Assembly (NCBI GenBank): GCA_965223425.1
Contig: OZ245003.1
Span: forward strand, 352,001 to 416,000
From: Nitrosopumilus sp.
GTDB lineage: Archaea > Thermoproteota > Nitrososphaeria > Nitrososphaerales > Nitrosopumilaceae
Direction of reading: 5' to 3'
DNA: 64,000 nucleotides
In this document: positions 29,292 through 40,135 of the stretch, piece by piece
Position numbering within the stretch: the first letter of the stretch is position 1
Layout: every line of letters starts with the position of its first letter
Notes under the pieces: model-generated
Seen by the model: only the letters and a program-made list of their open reading frames with translations
Database searches by the model: none
What the model was told of the DNA's origin: nothing
Translations under genes and position numbers: made by a program

Positions 29292-29915
29292 TTGGGACAG
29301 ATTATTTTTCTCAGACACGGTCAGGCAAAAAACAATGTTGATAGAATTTTGGCTGGCAGAACAGGAGGTGTTCCATTAACTGATGTTGGAATAAAGCAAG
29401 CTGAACATACTTCTGAGCTGCTCAAACACATGAATGTTTCTGCGATTTATTCAAGTCCTGTCGAACGGGCAAAGCATACTGCAGAAATTGTTGGAAAAAA
29501 TAATTCCCTTGATGTTACAACTGATGAGCGTCTAAACGAACTTGACATGGGCAAATTCACTGGAATGCCATATGATGAAATTTTTAACAGTCACGGTAAT
29601 GTCTTTATGAAGTTCTATAATGGCGAACTTGAGATTGCTCACAATGGAGTAGAAACTTTCTCAGAAGTCAAGAAACGAATCTTAGGAATAGTTGATCATG
29701 TAACTGAAAAACATCCTGGCAAGAACGTGTTGCTTGTAACCCATATGGAACCAATCAAGGCGATGCTCTCAACCATCGTTGATTTGTCTCCTACGAATCT
29801 CCTTGAGCTAATAATTGCAAATGCCTCTCTTAACATCTTTCGAGAAAAGGATGGCAAGTTTTCACTTTCGGGACTTAATGTAATGCATCCGTCACGTTTC
29901 GATCAAGGTTGGTAG
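29292..29915 (+). CDS. Histidine phosphatase family protein
   Basis: LRHG, SSP..RA and VTH motifs. Confidence 0.9.
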   Translation: MGQIIFLRHGQAKNNVDRILAGRTGGVPLTDVGIKQAEHTSELLKHMNVSAIYSSPVERAKHTAEIVGKNNSLDVTTDERLNELDMGKFTGMPYDEIFNSHGNVFMKFYNGELEIAHNGVETFSEVKKRILGIVDHVTEKHPGKNVLLVTHMEPIKAMLSTIVDLSPTNLLELIIANASLNIFREKDGKFSLSGLNVMHPSRFDQGW

Positions 29916-29971
29916 CTAATAATCTTGAAAACCCTTAAATAGAAATTATAGGGCACGTCAGTCAATCGCTA

Positions 29972-30232
29972 ATGAAGGGTATGGTCGGGTTATTCTTAGT
30001 ATTGGCAGTTTTAGTAATGATTCCAGCTTTAGAGTCAGCGTTTGCTGCCGGCGACGAACCTGGAGAATATCTTGACCGCAGAGTGATTATTTGGAATTTG
30101 TTCTTTAGAATGATGACTGTTGCATTTACAGTTGGTGCCGTAGTTTCAGGAACAATTATCTGGCTATGCTGGAGGTTTAGGGAATCCCATCCAAAGGCAA
30201 CACCAACTGCATATGAGGGGAAGGACTGGTAG
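29972..30232 (+). CDS. Small membrane subunit of the heme-copper oxidase (split subunit II N-terminal part)
   Basis: Signal peptide plus TM, RFRES; first gene of the cox operon. Confidence 0.7.
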   Translation: MKGMVGLFLVLAVLVMIPALESAFAAGDEPGEYLDRRVIIWNLFFRMMTVAFTVGAVVSGTIIWLCWRFRESHPKATPTAYEGKDW

Positions 30233-30234
30233 AA

Positions 30235-30666
30235 ATGGGTGGACATTCTAACTGGCCTGAATGGATTTATGTCGCTATCGTAATTGCATTGATGACGTGG
30301 GTAGGAGCAGAAGCATGGGAGGCAGAAAGGCTCATAGAGCATGTTCCTGAGGATGCCGAAGTCATCAAGGTAACCGGACAACAGTGGTTCTGGACATTTG
30401 AACACGAAGACGGGACAAAAGAAATTGGCGAGCTTCATGTTGAAGTCGGAAAGGCCTACAAATTTGAGATAATGGCAACAGATGTTATTCATTCTTTTAA
30501 TATTCATGACTATGTTGTTTTGATGGATGCAGTTCCAGGCAGAGTCAATACTGTATGGTTTGCACCAGATGCGCCGGGAGTTCATGACATTCAATGCAGA
30601 GAATATTGCGGATTAATTCACTATAACATGCGTGGAACCCTATATGTGGAGGAACCATCCTTATGA
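30235..30666 (+). CDS. coxB: Heme-copper oxidase subunit II (CuA)
   Basis: GQQWFW, DVIHSF and CREYCGLIHYNM motifs. Confidence 0.93.
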   Translation: MGGHSNWPEWIYVAIVIALMTWVGAEAWEAERLIEHVPEDAEVIKVTGQQWFWTFEHEDGTKEIGELHVEVGKAYKFEIMATDVIHSFNIHDYVVLMDAVPGRVNTVWFAPDAPGVHDIQCREYCGLIHYNMRGTLYVEEPSL

Positions 30667-30715
30667 TAACATTATTGTTACGATTTGTCAGCATTTCAAG
30701 TGAGGAGATCAACTG

Positions 30716-32242
30716 ATGGTTCTAGAATTCCAAAAACCACGTCCAATTTGGCAAATAATGTTTTCAACGCATCACACTGACGTTGGATTGCTCTATCTTA
30801 TTTCATCACTGGCGTTCTTGTTCCTGGGCGGCACACTGGCACTTGCAATCCGGGCAGAATTGTTCCTACCGGGCTCGCAAATCATTGCAGACTCTATGAC
30901 CTTTAACAGAATATTTACCGTTCACGGTACGACGTTAATCTTCTTGTTTATCATTCCTTTTGCGTCTGCAGTTGGTAACTACTTTGTTCCAATAATGGTT
31001 AGATACAAAGATATGGCATATCCAAAACTTAACGCAATTGCGTTTTGGATGATTCCGCCTGCCGGTGCACTCATCTGGTTGGGCTTTGCAGATTTTACAT
31101 GGTATGCAACTCCTCCGTATTCTATTATCAGCGCCCCCGGTCCGGCAGCTGACATGTGGATATTCGGACTAAAGATTCTGGGCATCTCATCAGTGCTTGG
31201 TGCAATCAACTTTGTTGTAACAATTCTCAAATGCAAGCACCCAGACATGTCAATTGGCCAGGTACCACTATTGGCATGGTCCTTTCTGTCATCATCTCTG
31301 ATTATCCTTGTCGCAATTCCGACATTTGCAGCAGCCCTCCTGATGCTTTTAACTGACAGGCTCGGCGTAAGCGGATTCTTCAATCCTGCAATGGGCGGAG
31401 ACCCGATTGCCTATGCGCATTTGTTCTGGTTTACATTCCATCCAGAAGTTTACGTTTTGGTAATTCCGGCAATTGGCATGATGTATGAGATTATTCCAAG
31501 ATTTTCAAGAAAACCAATTTACAGCTACAACTCTGGCGTCTTTGCATTTGTGCTGCTATCCATTGTCGGTTTTTCATCATGGGCGCACCACATGTATGCA
31601 ACCGGAATGTCATTTACCGAAAAAACAGTCTTTATGGTGGGAACTCTTGCAGCGGTTCCAGCATCTGCCATGCACGTGTTCAACTTTATTGCAACAATGT
31701 GGAACGGCAGAATAAGATTCTCAACGCCGATGATGTGGGCAGTTGGCGGAATTGCATTGTTCTTCTCTGCAGGCGCAGGCGGCGTAGTAAACAGCGCGAT
31801 GCCATTGGACTTTTCGACACATGATACATACTGGGTAGTTGGTCACTTCCACCTCTTTGTGATGGGCACTATTGCATTTGGCTCCATCGGTTATCTCTAC
31901 TACATGTTCCCATATGTAACAGGTAGAATGTACAATGAAACTATGGGCAAGATCCACTTTTTGCTGTCATTTGTAGGAACTATTTTGGTATTCTTTACGC
32001 AACATGTACTTGGTTTGTATGGCATGCCAAGAAGAATTTTCGATTATCCGCCAATTCCAGAATGGATTGCTATGAACCAAATTGCATCTGTTGGTGCAAT
32101 GATTATTGGTGTCAGCATGGCAATCTTTTTGGCAAACATGATTCACAGCTCAGGAAAAGGAAAGCTTGCAAACACCGAAGATCCATTTGGTTTGGGTGGC
32201 AAGTATTACTATCCATTTGAGGCAAAGAACCCACATCACTAG
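30716..32242 (+). CDS. coxA: Heme-copper oxidase subunit I
   Basis: HPEVY, WAHH and HFH motifs. Confidence 0.97.
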   Translation: MVLEFQKPRPIWQIMFSTHHTDVGLLYLISSLAFLFLGGTLALAIRAELFLPGSQIIADSMTFNRIFTVHGTTLIFLFIIPFASAVGNYFVPIMVRYKDMAYPKLNAIAFWMIPPAGALIWLGFADFTWYATPPYSIISAPGPAADMWIFGLKILGISSVLGAINFVVTILKCKHPDMSIGQVPLLAWSFLSSSLIILVAIPTFAAALLMLLTDRLGVSGFFNPAMGGDPIAYAHLFWFTFHPEVYVLVIPAIGMMYEIIPRFSRKPIYSYNSGVFAFVLLSIVGFSSWAHHMYATGMSFTEKTVFMVGTLAAVPASAMHVFNFIATMWNGRIRFSTPMMWAVGGIALFFSAGAGGVVNSAMPLDFSTHDTYWVVGHFHLFVMGTIAFGSIGYLYYMFPYVTGRMYNETMGKIHFLLSFVGTILVFFTQHVLGLYGMPRRIFDYPPIPEWIAMNQIASVGAMIIGVSMAIFLANMIHSSGKGKLANTEDPFGLGGKYYYPFEAKNPHH

Positions 32243-32254
32243 GAGATAAATGAA

Positions 32255-33238
32255 ATGAGTAACGAGACAGAACATCCAGTATACAGAACGACTGCCGGTA
32301 GAACCGCAAAAATGATGGCCATAATGTTGGGCATTTGCATTGTTGGTGGCGTGATTTTCTTTGCAATGTGGGACTATTGGATTTCACAACCAGCTCCAGT
32401 TGTGGCAATGATGGCAGGAGAGTCAGCTTCTGCAGCCCCTGCGGCACAAACCGGGGAAACAATAACTGTAGATCTTTCTTTTGTTGAATCAGATGATTTG
32501 AGGACTCTGGCATTTAACGCATTACCTGGAGAGTCTGGCAGCAATCCAACCATTAACATGAATGTTGGTGATAAAGTAATGTTTAACGTAGTCAATGATG
32601 GAATATCACTCCACTCTTTTGGTGTTACAAAGAATACTGAAGGCTTTGCCGGAATAATTCCAGGCAGTGAAGTTGGTACCGTATCAAATACATTAAAACC
32701 AGGCGAAGGTGGTTCCTCTGAATTCATTGCAGGTGAAGAAGGCACCTACTACTACATCTGTACTGTTCCAGGACACAGAGAACAAGGAATGGTTGGAGAA
32801 ATCATTGTAGATCCTGCACAAGATGGCGGGTCTTCTGGCGCAGCAACAACAACAACAGCAGCAGCACCTCCAACAGGCGTATCGCATGACTTTATTTTGG
32901 ACTTTGTAGAGTCTGATGATTTCAGAACTTTGGCATTTAACGCACTACCAGGCGAAGACGGTAGTAATCCAGAAATCCGTGTGAACTCTGGTGACGAGGT
33001 AACAATAACTACCACTAATCTGGGAGTATCATTTCACTCATTCGGAGTTGTTACAAATCCTGAAGACTTTAACAGCATAGTGATGGATTCTGCAATAGGC
33101 TCAATGTCAAATGCATTAAAGCCTGATGAAAGTGAAAGTGTTACATTTACTGCCGGCGCACCGGGCACTTACTACTACATCTGCACTATTCCAGGACATG
33201 CGCTACAAGGTATGCAAGGTAGCTTTATTGTAGAATAA
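32255..33238 (+). CDS. Membrane-anchored two-domain blue copper (cupredoxin) protein
   Basis: Two HSF...YICTxPGH...GM domains. Confidence 0.92.
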   Translation: MSNETEHPVYRTTAGRTAKMMAIMLGICIVGGVIFFAMWDYWISQPAPVVAMMAGESASAAPAAQTGETITVDLSFVESDDLRTLAFNALPGESGSNPTINMNVGDKVMFNVVNDGISLHSFGVTKNTEGFAGIIPGSEVGTVSNTLKPGEGGSSEFIAGEEGTYYYICTVPGHREQGMVGEIIVDPAQDGGSSGAATTTTAAAPPTGVSHDFILDFVESDDFRTLAFNALPGEDGSNPEIRVNSGDEVTITTTNLGVSFHSFGVVTNPEDFNSIVMDSAIGSMSNALKPDESESVTFTAGAPGTYYYICTIPGHALQGMQGSFIVE

Positions 33239-33240
33239 TT

Positions 33241-33684
33241 TTGGCAATCCAGTATCTTGCATTAGCAACAATGATTGTTTTGTACTCCCTAATGTTTATT
33301 GGAGGGTATATTTCAGCAGCTGGACTTGGCTTGACTTGCCCTGAATGGCCTTTGTGTCCAAATGGGGTGCTGCCTTCTGAGGAGTATCTTATCGAATGGA
33401 TTCATAGATTGGTTGCAGCCACTACTGGAGGATTGGTAATTGCAACCATGGTAGCTGCCCTCATCAACAAGAACTCTGATTTGAAGATCAAGGTGACAAG
33501 CTCACTTGCAACTGTGTTTGTTATTACCCAAATCACACTTGGTGCTTTAGTGATTGATCTGAAGCTGCATGCAGTTTTAGTTGCCATTCATTTGGGAATT
33601 GGAATTTTACTGTTCTCAATGGTATTGCTGACTACCTTGTTTGCATTTAGGATATCTAGAATCCCGATAGAGTCTAAGGTCTAG
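33241..33684 (+). CDS. ctaA: Heme A synthase (COX15/CtaA family, short form)
   Basis: GLTCPEWPLC and EWIHR motifs. Confidence 0.85.
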   Translation: MAIQYLALATMIVLYSLMFIGGYISAAGLGLTCPEWPLCPNGVLPSEEYLIEWIHRLVAATTGGLVIATMVAALINKNSDLKIKVTSSLATVFVITQITLGALVIDLKLHAVLVAIHLGIGILLFSMVLLTTLFAFRISRIPIESKV

Positions 33685-34195
33685 ATTTTCTAAAAATTCT
33701 TGGCAGAAAAATATATCCCATGGTTCCTGCAAAACACAATGCTCCTACAGTTATTGCCATAATGAAGATATATCCGAATGGACTTTGCGTTCCCATGTTA
33801 AACTTGTATGTAATTGCTTCTGAATTGTCTCCGACATCATACAAATAAATCTCTACAATGTGGTTTCCTTGGTTTTTCCACACATAGTCAAAATCCCAAT
33901 GAGCACCATCAATTGATGTGGGCGGAACCGCATCTATTTGCTGATTATTAAAGAAAAATTTTATCCCCATTGTGAATTGCTTGACTTCCTCAAAATCCGC
34001 ATCAGTAACTCTGATCAAAAATTGTGATGGCTCATCAATCTGTGGAAATTCCGGTGCAGTGGCTACTTGAACTCTGTAACCCCCTTCAAATTTTTCAGCA
34101 GAATTAAACATTGAATGAGCATAAGCATAATCAAAAATTGAAACAGAAGAAAGCAGCAAAATAAAGATCAAAAAAAATGATCGCTTTTCAGTCAT
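33674..34195 (-). CDS. Hypothetical exported membrane-anchored protein
   Basis: Signal peptide ending AYAH; C-terminal TM. Confidence 0.75.
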   Translation of the reverse strand: MTEKRSFFLIFILLLSSVSIFDYAYAHSMFNSAEKFEGGYRVQVATAPEFPQIDEPSQFLIRVTDADFEEVKQFTMGIKFFFNNQQIDAVPPTSIDGAHWDFDYVWKNQGNHIVEIYLYDVGDNSEAITYKFNMGTQSPFGYIFIMAITVGALCFAGTMGYIFLPRIFRKSRP

Positions 34196-34290
34196 TTAGA
34201 ATATTATCAAGATAGACAATATATTGTAAATCAATTTCCTTACAAAAATCTTCAAAACCTTTAAATCCTAATTGACGAGAAACCCAATCG

Positions 34291-34893
34291 TTGACTTTTG
34301 TTACTAAATCAATAGATGTCAAAACACCCGTAGAGAATGTATTTACCTACTTTGCAAGACCAGAACATGTTTCTGACCAAATCAAATCTGATGCAGTAGG
34401 CATGACAGTCGTTCCTATGGATATCAAAGAAGGAATGGGCGTAGGTACAACCTTTAGAGTCATTGGTGACTTTAGTGGTAAACGCCTTGAATGGGATTGT
34501 GAGACAACTGAATTTGTTAGAAATGAAAAGATTTCTGCAAAGCAAATTGAAGGTCCGTTCAAGAAATGGCAAATTACTAATGAATTCAAAGCGTTAGGTG
34601 ATAATCTTACTAGGGTAACCATGTCAGTCGATTATGAGATGCCATTTGGTCCCCTTGGAGCAATTATGGATAAAGCAAAATTTGCAAAATCTGCTGAAAA
34701 AGGTATGGAAACAGCCCTTTACAATGTTAGGGGCTTGCTTGAAGGAAACGGTTCAATTCCTGTATACATCACACTAGACGCATATCAAAAGCTTCTCGCC
34801 GAAAAGAAAAAAATGAACGATGTTCCAGTTTCAACTGCACTTACAGCAATTATTGAAAAGTACAATGAAATTGAAGCAAAAGCACAAAACTAA
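34291..34893 (+). CDS. SRPBCC/START-family protein
   Basis: SIDVKTPVENVF...GPFKKW pattern. Confidence 0.85.
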   Translation: MTFVTKSIDVKTPVENVFTYFARPEHVSDQIKSDAVGMTVVPMDIKEGMGVGTTFRVIGDFSGKRLEWDCETTEFVRNEKISAKQIEGPFKKWQITNEFKALGDNLTRVTMSVDYEMPFGPLGAIMDKAKFAKSAEKGMETALYNVRGLLEGNGSIPVYITLDAYQKLLAEKKKMNDVPVSTALTAIIEKYNEIEAKAQN

Positions 34894-34952
34894 ATTTTAA
34901 TTTATTTTACAATCTCAAGATTAATAACAACTCTAGGCTTATCAATTTCGGT

Positions 34953-35027
34953 GGGTCTATGGCGCAGCCAGGCTAGCGCACCGGACTCTTAATCCGGTTG
35001 TCGAGGGTTCGAATCCCTTTAGACCCG
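34953..35027 (+). tRNA. tRNA-Lys(CUU)
   Basis: Anticodon arm CCGGA-CTCTTAA-TCCGG; T-loop GGTTCGAATCC. Confidence 0.95.
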
Positions 35028-35044
35028 CTATTTTTCTAGCATGA

Positions 35045-36505
35045 TTACTGGATTATTTCATTAACTTGTTTTTCTAACTCATCAATTGATGAATTGATTT
35101 TATTTTCTCTTTTAGTTATGACTGCCCTATAGTCATTAATTTTTTGAATTCTATTAGAAATCATTCGTTTCTGCTCATCATAGCCAGAAGAGCCATACGA
35201 TTTTCGCTCCTTTAGGGAGGAAACAACGGTGGTAGATGAGATAATTTTTGAAATGATTTTTGGATCAACCTTGGTACCGATTACAGATTTTTTTACTTCC
35301 GTCATGGTTAGTTTTGAAATAGGTTTTTTTGATTGGTGTGCCAATTGAACCAAAACACCTGCAATTTTATGCGTCATCCTAAATGGTATTCCTTCCTGAA
35401 CCAATTTTTCAGCTATGTCAAGTGCAATAAGATTGCTTGACTCTGTAACCTTTTTCATCTGTTTTTCGTTTACTTTCAAAGTAAGCAGCGTTGATTTTAA
35501 AATCAATAACGCACTAACAGATATTTTCGATGTGGACCAAATAGAGGATTTTATTTGTTGCAAGTCGCGTCCGTATCCAGTAGCCAAACCCTTGATGGTT
35601 GTCAGAATGGCAGTTAGGTTTCCAATGACTTCGGCAGTCTTACCCCTCGTTAGTTCCAAGATATCTGGATTCTTCTTTTGAGGCATTACACTTGATGGAG
35701 ACGTAAATTCATCAGCAAGCTCGATAAAAGAAAATTCAGATGTAGACCAGAGAACAAAATCTTCAGATATCCTGCTTAGATTAGTCATCAAAATAGAGAT
35801 CATTGCCACGTATTCTGCTACAAAATCACGCGTACTTGTTGCATCTATAGAGTTCTCAACTAGATCATCAAAACCCAACATCCCTGCAGTGCTGTGTCTG
35901 TCAATCGGAATACTTGTTCCGCCAACAGGTCCGGCACCAAGCGGACTCTGGTTTACTCGCTCAAACGTTCCATAAAGCCGTTGAAAATCTCGAAACAAAA
36001 CATCTGCATGAGCTAAAAGATAGTGAGAAAACAAACCAGCCTGAGCTTGCTGAAGATGTGTGTATAGCGGCATGATTGTTTTTTGATGATTTTTGGCCAC
36101 AGAAACAAGGGACTCTATGGTATCTAGAAGGCAATTACAAATAGTATTGATGTCGTCTCTGATTTTCATTCGAATATCTAAAGCAACTTGATCATTTCGT
36201 GACCTTGCAGTATGCATCTTTCCCCCACTTGCCATGCCGGCCTTCTTAATGACCAGTGATTCAATTAACTCATGGATGTCCTCGGCCCCGGATGATGTGG
36301 TAAATTTTTGTTTTTCCAAATTCTTTAAGGCAGACAATATCTTTTTTGCATCATTTTTTTTTATGATGTCATTTTGATATAACATCAAAGTGTGAGCTTG
36401 GCTTCCAATAATGTCATAAAGTGCAATTTCAGAATCATCATCTATTGATGACACGTAATCCAAAGTAATATCACTCAAATCATTACCAAGACGTGAACGA
36501 TACAT
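35045..36505 (-). CDS. argH: Argininosuccinate lyase
   Basis: ARSRNDQ, YTHLQQAQ and SSVMPQKKNPD motifs. Confidence 0.95.
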   Translation of the reverse strand: MYRSRLGNDLSDITLDYVSSIDDDSEIALYDIIGSQAHTLMLYQNDIIKKNDAKKILSALKNLEKQKFTTSSGAEDIHELIESLVIKKAGMASGGKMHTARSRNDQVALDIRMKIRDDINTICNCLLDTIESLVSVAKNHQKTIMPLYTHLQQAQAGLFSHYLLAHADVLFRDFQRLYGTFERVNQSPLGAGPVGGTSIPIDRHSTAGMLGFDDLVENSIDATSTRDFVAEYVAMISILMTNLSRISEDFVLWSTSEFSFIELADEFTSPSSVMPQKKNPDILELTRGKTAEVIGNLTAILTTIKGLATGYGRDLQQIKSSIWSTSKISVSALLILKSTLLTLKVNEKQMKKVTESSNLIALDIAEKLVQEGIPFRMTHKIAGVLVQLAHQSKKPISKLTMTEVKKSVIGTKVDPKIISKIISSTTVVSSLKERKSYGSSGYDEQKRMISNRIQKINDYRAVITKRENKINSSIDELEKQVNEIIQ

Positions 36506-36554
36506 TACCTAAGGTTCTAGAATGGTTATATATAGCATCGACGCTTTTGCCGAC

Positions 36555-36878
36555 ATGAGTCAGGATATCAAACAGCTCAGAGTGAAAATCTTCGACGAGT
36601 TATCAAAGATTGTAGATCCGGAGATCAACACGTCAATTGTTGAACTAGAACTGATTGACGAGGTTGACATCAACAATAATGACGTCAAAGTTGATTTGCA
36701 TCTTACAAGCCCTTTCTGTCCAGCAGTTTTTGGATTCAAGATTTGCCAAGATGTCCACGATAATCTTCTGAAGGTAGACGGGGTAAATGATGTGAAAGTG
36801 AATGTTTCAAACCACTTTATGGCTGAGCAGATTAACAATCAGGTGAATAATAGCCCAAATCCAAAAAAACTTGGTTAG
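36555..36878 (+). CDS. DUF59 Fe-S cluster assembly protein
   Basis: VDPEI..SIVEL...LTSPFCP. Confidence 0.85.
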   Translation: MSQDIKQLRVKIFDELSKIVDPEINTSIVELELIDEVDINNNDVKVDLHLTSPFCPAVFGFKICQDVHDNLLKVDGVNDVKVNVSNHFMAEQINNQVNNSPNPKKLG

Positions 36879-37642
36879 CTTCTAAAGCCTAGCAAATAGC
36901 CCCTGAGCAACTGAATTCCCATTGCTGGATCAACGCCTTTTGGACATACCTGGCTGCAAGAACCGGCAAAATGGCATCTCCATATGCCGTGGGATTCGTC
37001 AATTATTTTGAGTCTGGAATCCTTCCCTTTGTCTCTACTGTCTGCAACATATCGGTATGCCTGAGCCAAGGCCTGTGGTCCGACAAATGAAGAGTCCGTT
37101 GCCATTGTGGGACATGCAGAATTACACAAGCCACATTTGATGCAGTTGGAGAACTGGATGTATTGTTCTAGCTCTTCAGGGGATTGTAAGAATTCTTTTT
37201 CATCAGATTCTAACTCAGTATCGTCTCTGATTAGGTATGGCTTGATCTTATTATGGGTGTCAAACAATCGTTCAAACTTTACTGCCAAATCACGAATAAT
37301 TGGAAAGTTGTTCATTGGTTCAACTGTGACGACATTAGAGTTTAGATCACTAATTTTTGTAAAACATGCAAGTCTTGGCCTTCCATTTATTATCATTCCA
37401 CATGAACCACATGTGGCCTGTCTGCAAGAATAGCGAACTGCCACCGAATGATCAAAGTGTTTTTTGACTTCAAGGATTGCCTCAAGAACTGTTGTCCATT
37501 TCTCGTATGGGACATTGAACTCCATGAATCCGCTTGCATCATCGTGTTCTGGGTTGTATCTTGAAATCCGAAGTGTAATTGACTTTGAAGATGACAACGG
37601 TGTTGATGTTTGTTCGTCTGCAATACTGGATACTTGAGCCAT
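36875..37642 (-). CDS. sdhB: Succinate dehydrogenase Fe-S subunit
   Basis: SCRQATCGSC, CIKCGLCNSACP and CHFAGSCSQVCP motifs. Confidence 0.95.
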   Translation of the reverse strand: MAQVSSIADEQTSTPLSSSKSITLRISRYNPEHDDASGFMEFNVPYEKWTTVLEAILEVKKHFDHSVAVRYSCRQATCGSCGMIINGRPRLACFTKISDLNSNVVTVEPMNNFPIIRDLAVKFERLFDTHNKIKPYLIRDDTELESDEKEFLQSPEELEQYIQFSNCIKCGLCNSACPTMATDSSFVGPQALAQAYRYVADSRDKGKDSRLKIIDESHGIWRCHFAGSCSQVCPKGVDPAMGIQLLRGYLLGFRS

Positions 37643-37644
37643 TT

Positions 37645-37989
37645 CTATACCATCCCCATGTTAGTCATAATAATTGTTCTTGAACCGTATGCTATTAAAC
37701 CAACCATTGCAGCGACACAGCCATAAGAAACAGCCTTTTCGTAAGTTCTTCCTTGTTTTAGTTCCAATAAGATAACTCTTAACCCATTAAATCCGTGAAT
37801 TGAAAGCAAGATTAGTATCAATTCCAGCATTGCAGCATACGGGATGAATTTGTAGTTGGCAAGCACTGTTTCATACTCTAAAGATTCTGCAAAACTAGTC
37901 GTAAGACGCATCAAAACATGCACGGCCACTAGGGCTACGGCAGCAATTGCCGTTCCATAGTGAATTTTCATTATTGTACTTTCTCTCAT
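37645..37989 (-). CDS. sdhD: Succinate dehydrogenase membrane anchor
   Basis: HGFNGLRVIL; 3 TM; operon position. Confidence 0.85.
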   Translation of the reverse strand: MRESTIMKIHYGTAIAAVALVAVHVLMRLTTSFAESLEYETVLANYKFIPYAAMLELILILLSIHGFNGLRVILLELKQGRTYEKAVSYGCVAAMVGLIAYGSRTIIMTNMGMV

Positions 37990-37990
37990 T

Positions 37991-38422
37991 TTATTCACCA
38001 AACATTACTGCCAGACCATACATCATTGCAACTGCTGCAAGAACGATTGCAGAGTAAATCCCAATCTTGTGCCTGTAATTTTGCGATGCCGGTTCATATG
38101 GATAATCGGGTCTGGCAGGCTTGCCTACGCCAATTCCCCCGTGTCCCAACATCACTCTAATCCCATTAACAGTATGAAACACACACATTCCAATTACAAT
38201 TGCCAAAACTGCATGACCTTCTGTGGTTTGTGTCATTTCCATCATCTCGTTCCAGCCAACCTGACCGCGAAGAATATTACTTGTCTCATAAATGTGAGCC
38301 ACAAAATATGCCAACAGCCCCAGCCCACTTAACCGCATTAGCCAATAGGCAACCCTTTCAATCCCATAACGACCAGGGTTGGCCATTCCTCCAATGCCTT
38401 CTTTATGTTCGTCTCGGGTCAA
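37991..38422 (-). CDS. sdhC: Succinate dehydrogenase cytochrome b subunit
   Basis: RLSGL and FHTVNGIR motifs. Confidence 0.85.
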   Translation of the reverse strand: MTRDEHKEGIGGMANPGRYGIERVAYWLMRLSGLGLLAYFVAHIYETSNILRGQVGWNEMMEMTQTTEGHAVLAIVIGMCVFHTVNGIRVMLGHGGIGVGKPARPDYPYEPASQNYRHKIGIYSAIVLAAVAMMYGLAVMFGE

Positions 38423-40135
38423 CTAGTACTTTCTCTCCACTGGCTGGTATTTGGTAATTGTTACCGGATGTGTTTTCATTATTGGTTCGTTTGGATCATA
38501 ATATGCAAGTGTATGGTGTAAAAAGTTTGCATCATCACGTTTAGGGTAATCAGTTCTTGCATGGGCACCGCGGGATTCTTTTCTATTGATTGCTCCAAGT
38601 AGTACGATCTCTGCCACTCTGAACATGGAATCAAGTTCCATGACATTTGAAAAATTGGTGTTGTATTCTTTTGCTCTGTCATCAACATGCTTCCAAGCCT
38701 GTTTTTTTAGATCACGAATTTTTTTGAGGCCTGCAACAAGATCAGTTTCATTTCTGTAAACATATGCTTTTTCGTTCATAGTGTCAGTAAGTTGCTGTCT
38801 GATTTCATATGGGTTTGCATCACCATTTCCCCTAAAGATACCATCATAGATTCTCTTTTCTTCTGCTGCAACCAAATGATGGGGCCAAGGATCGGATTGA
38901 GTGTTATTCTCTATGTATTCTGCGGCCAACCCGCCGGTAATCTTGCCCCAAACTATGCATTCTGAGGTAGAATTTGCGCCTAGACGATTAGAGCCGTGGA
39001 CACTGTTACATGCAGCTTCACCTGCAGCCCAAACCCCTTGAATTTCTGTAGCGCCCTGAATGTCGGCATGTAGTCCCCCCATCATATAATGGCAAACAGG
39101 TCTGATGTCAAGCAATTCTTCGGCAGGATCAATTCCAGAGAATTTAATAGATATTTCTCTAATGCCGCCTAGTTTTTCCCTAATTTTTTCATCACCAATA
39201 TGTCGTAAATCAAGTTTCATACAGTCAACTCCCGTTTCATGCTTGAATCCACTGCCTTCCTGAATTTCTGTCATTATTGATCTTGATACAATATCGCGTG
39301 GAGCTAGCTCCATTTTACTTGCAGCATATTTTTTCATAAACCGTTCACCCTTGTTGTTTAGCAGATAACCGCCTTCCCCTCTTGCGCCTTCTGTAATCAA
39401 AATTCCAGATGGTAAAATTCCTGTCGGATGAAACTGTACAAACTCCATATCTTTTAGTGCCATGCCAGCCCGCAATCCCATGTCTAAACCATCAGGAGTT
39501 GATGATAGCGCATAAGTTGAAAAACTATACAACCTTCCAGCTCCGCCGGTTGCAATAATGAGAGCCCTTCCTTTGATTGTGTAAAACGTACCAGAGGACA
39601 GTTCTATGGCAGTAAGACCCATGAACCGCTTCCCATCGTGAATGATTGATGTTGCAAACCATTCGTTAAGATATTCAATGTTTTCAAACTTCTGACATGT
39701 ATCATACAAGGTCTGCATTTCAAAGAAACCAACCTTATCAGATGCATATGTTGCTCTTGGAAAACTGTAACCGCCAAAGTTTCGCTGATCAACTCTGCCA
39801 TCATCTCTTCTAGACCATGGCATTCCCCAATGATCTAGCTGATGTATTTCCTTTGGTATTTCTACACAAAGTTTTTCAGCCACATCTTGATCTGCAAGAA
39901 AATCGCTCCCCTTAACGGTATCATAAATATGAGACTCGATTGTGTCCCCCTCGTCTTCAAAAAGAGCAGCGGCAGTTCCTCCTTCTGCAGATACAGAATG
40001 AGAACGCATAACTTGCAATTTTGAAACAATTCCGATTTTGAGGTTAGGTCCCTTTTTTGTAGCGGCTATTGCAGCCCTCAAACCAGCTAAACCAGAACCG
40101 CAAATTATCAAATCAAAGTCTATGGAATCGACCAT
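38423..40135 (-). CDS. sdhA: Succinate dehydrogenase flavoprotein
   Basis: [22 protein letters not shown] and HGSNRLG motifs. Confidence 0.97.
   Translation of the reverse strand: MVDSIDFDLIICGSGLAGLRAAIAATKKGPNLKIGIVSKLQVMRSHSVSAEGGTAAALFEDEGDTIESHIYDTVKGSDFLADQDVAEKLCVEIPKEIHQLDHWGMPWSRRDDGRVDQRNFGGYSFPRATYASDKVGFFEMQTLYDTCQKFENIEYLNEWFATSIIHDGKRFMGLTAIELSSGTFYTIKGRALIIATGGAGRLYSFSTYALSSTPDGLDMGLRAGMALKDMEFVQFHPTGILPSGILITEGARGEGGYLLNNKGERFMKKYAASKMELAPRDIVSRSIMTEIQEGSGFKHETGVDCMKLDLRHIGDEKIREKLGGIREISIKFSGIDPAEELLDIRPVCHYMMGGLHADIQGATEIQGVWAAGEAACNSVHGSNRLGANSTSECIVWGKITGGLAAEYIENNTQSDPWPHHLVAAEEKRIYDGIFRGNGDANPYEIRQQLTDTMNEKAYVYRNETDLVAGLKKIRDLKKQAWKHVDDRAKEYNTNFSNVMELDSMFRVAEIVLLGAINRKESRGAHARTDYPKRDDANFLHHTLAYYDPNEPIMKTHPVTITKYQPVERKY

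Noticed and set aside
29972-33684. Split subunit II and a cupredoxin in place of cytochrome c as novelty
   Set aside because: Known standard arrangement of thaumarchaeal complex IV.
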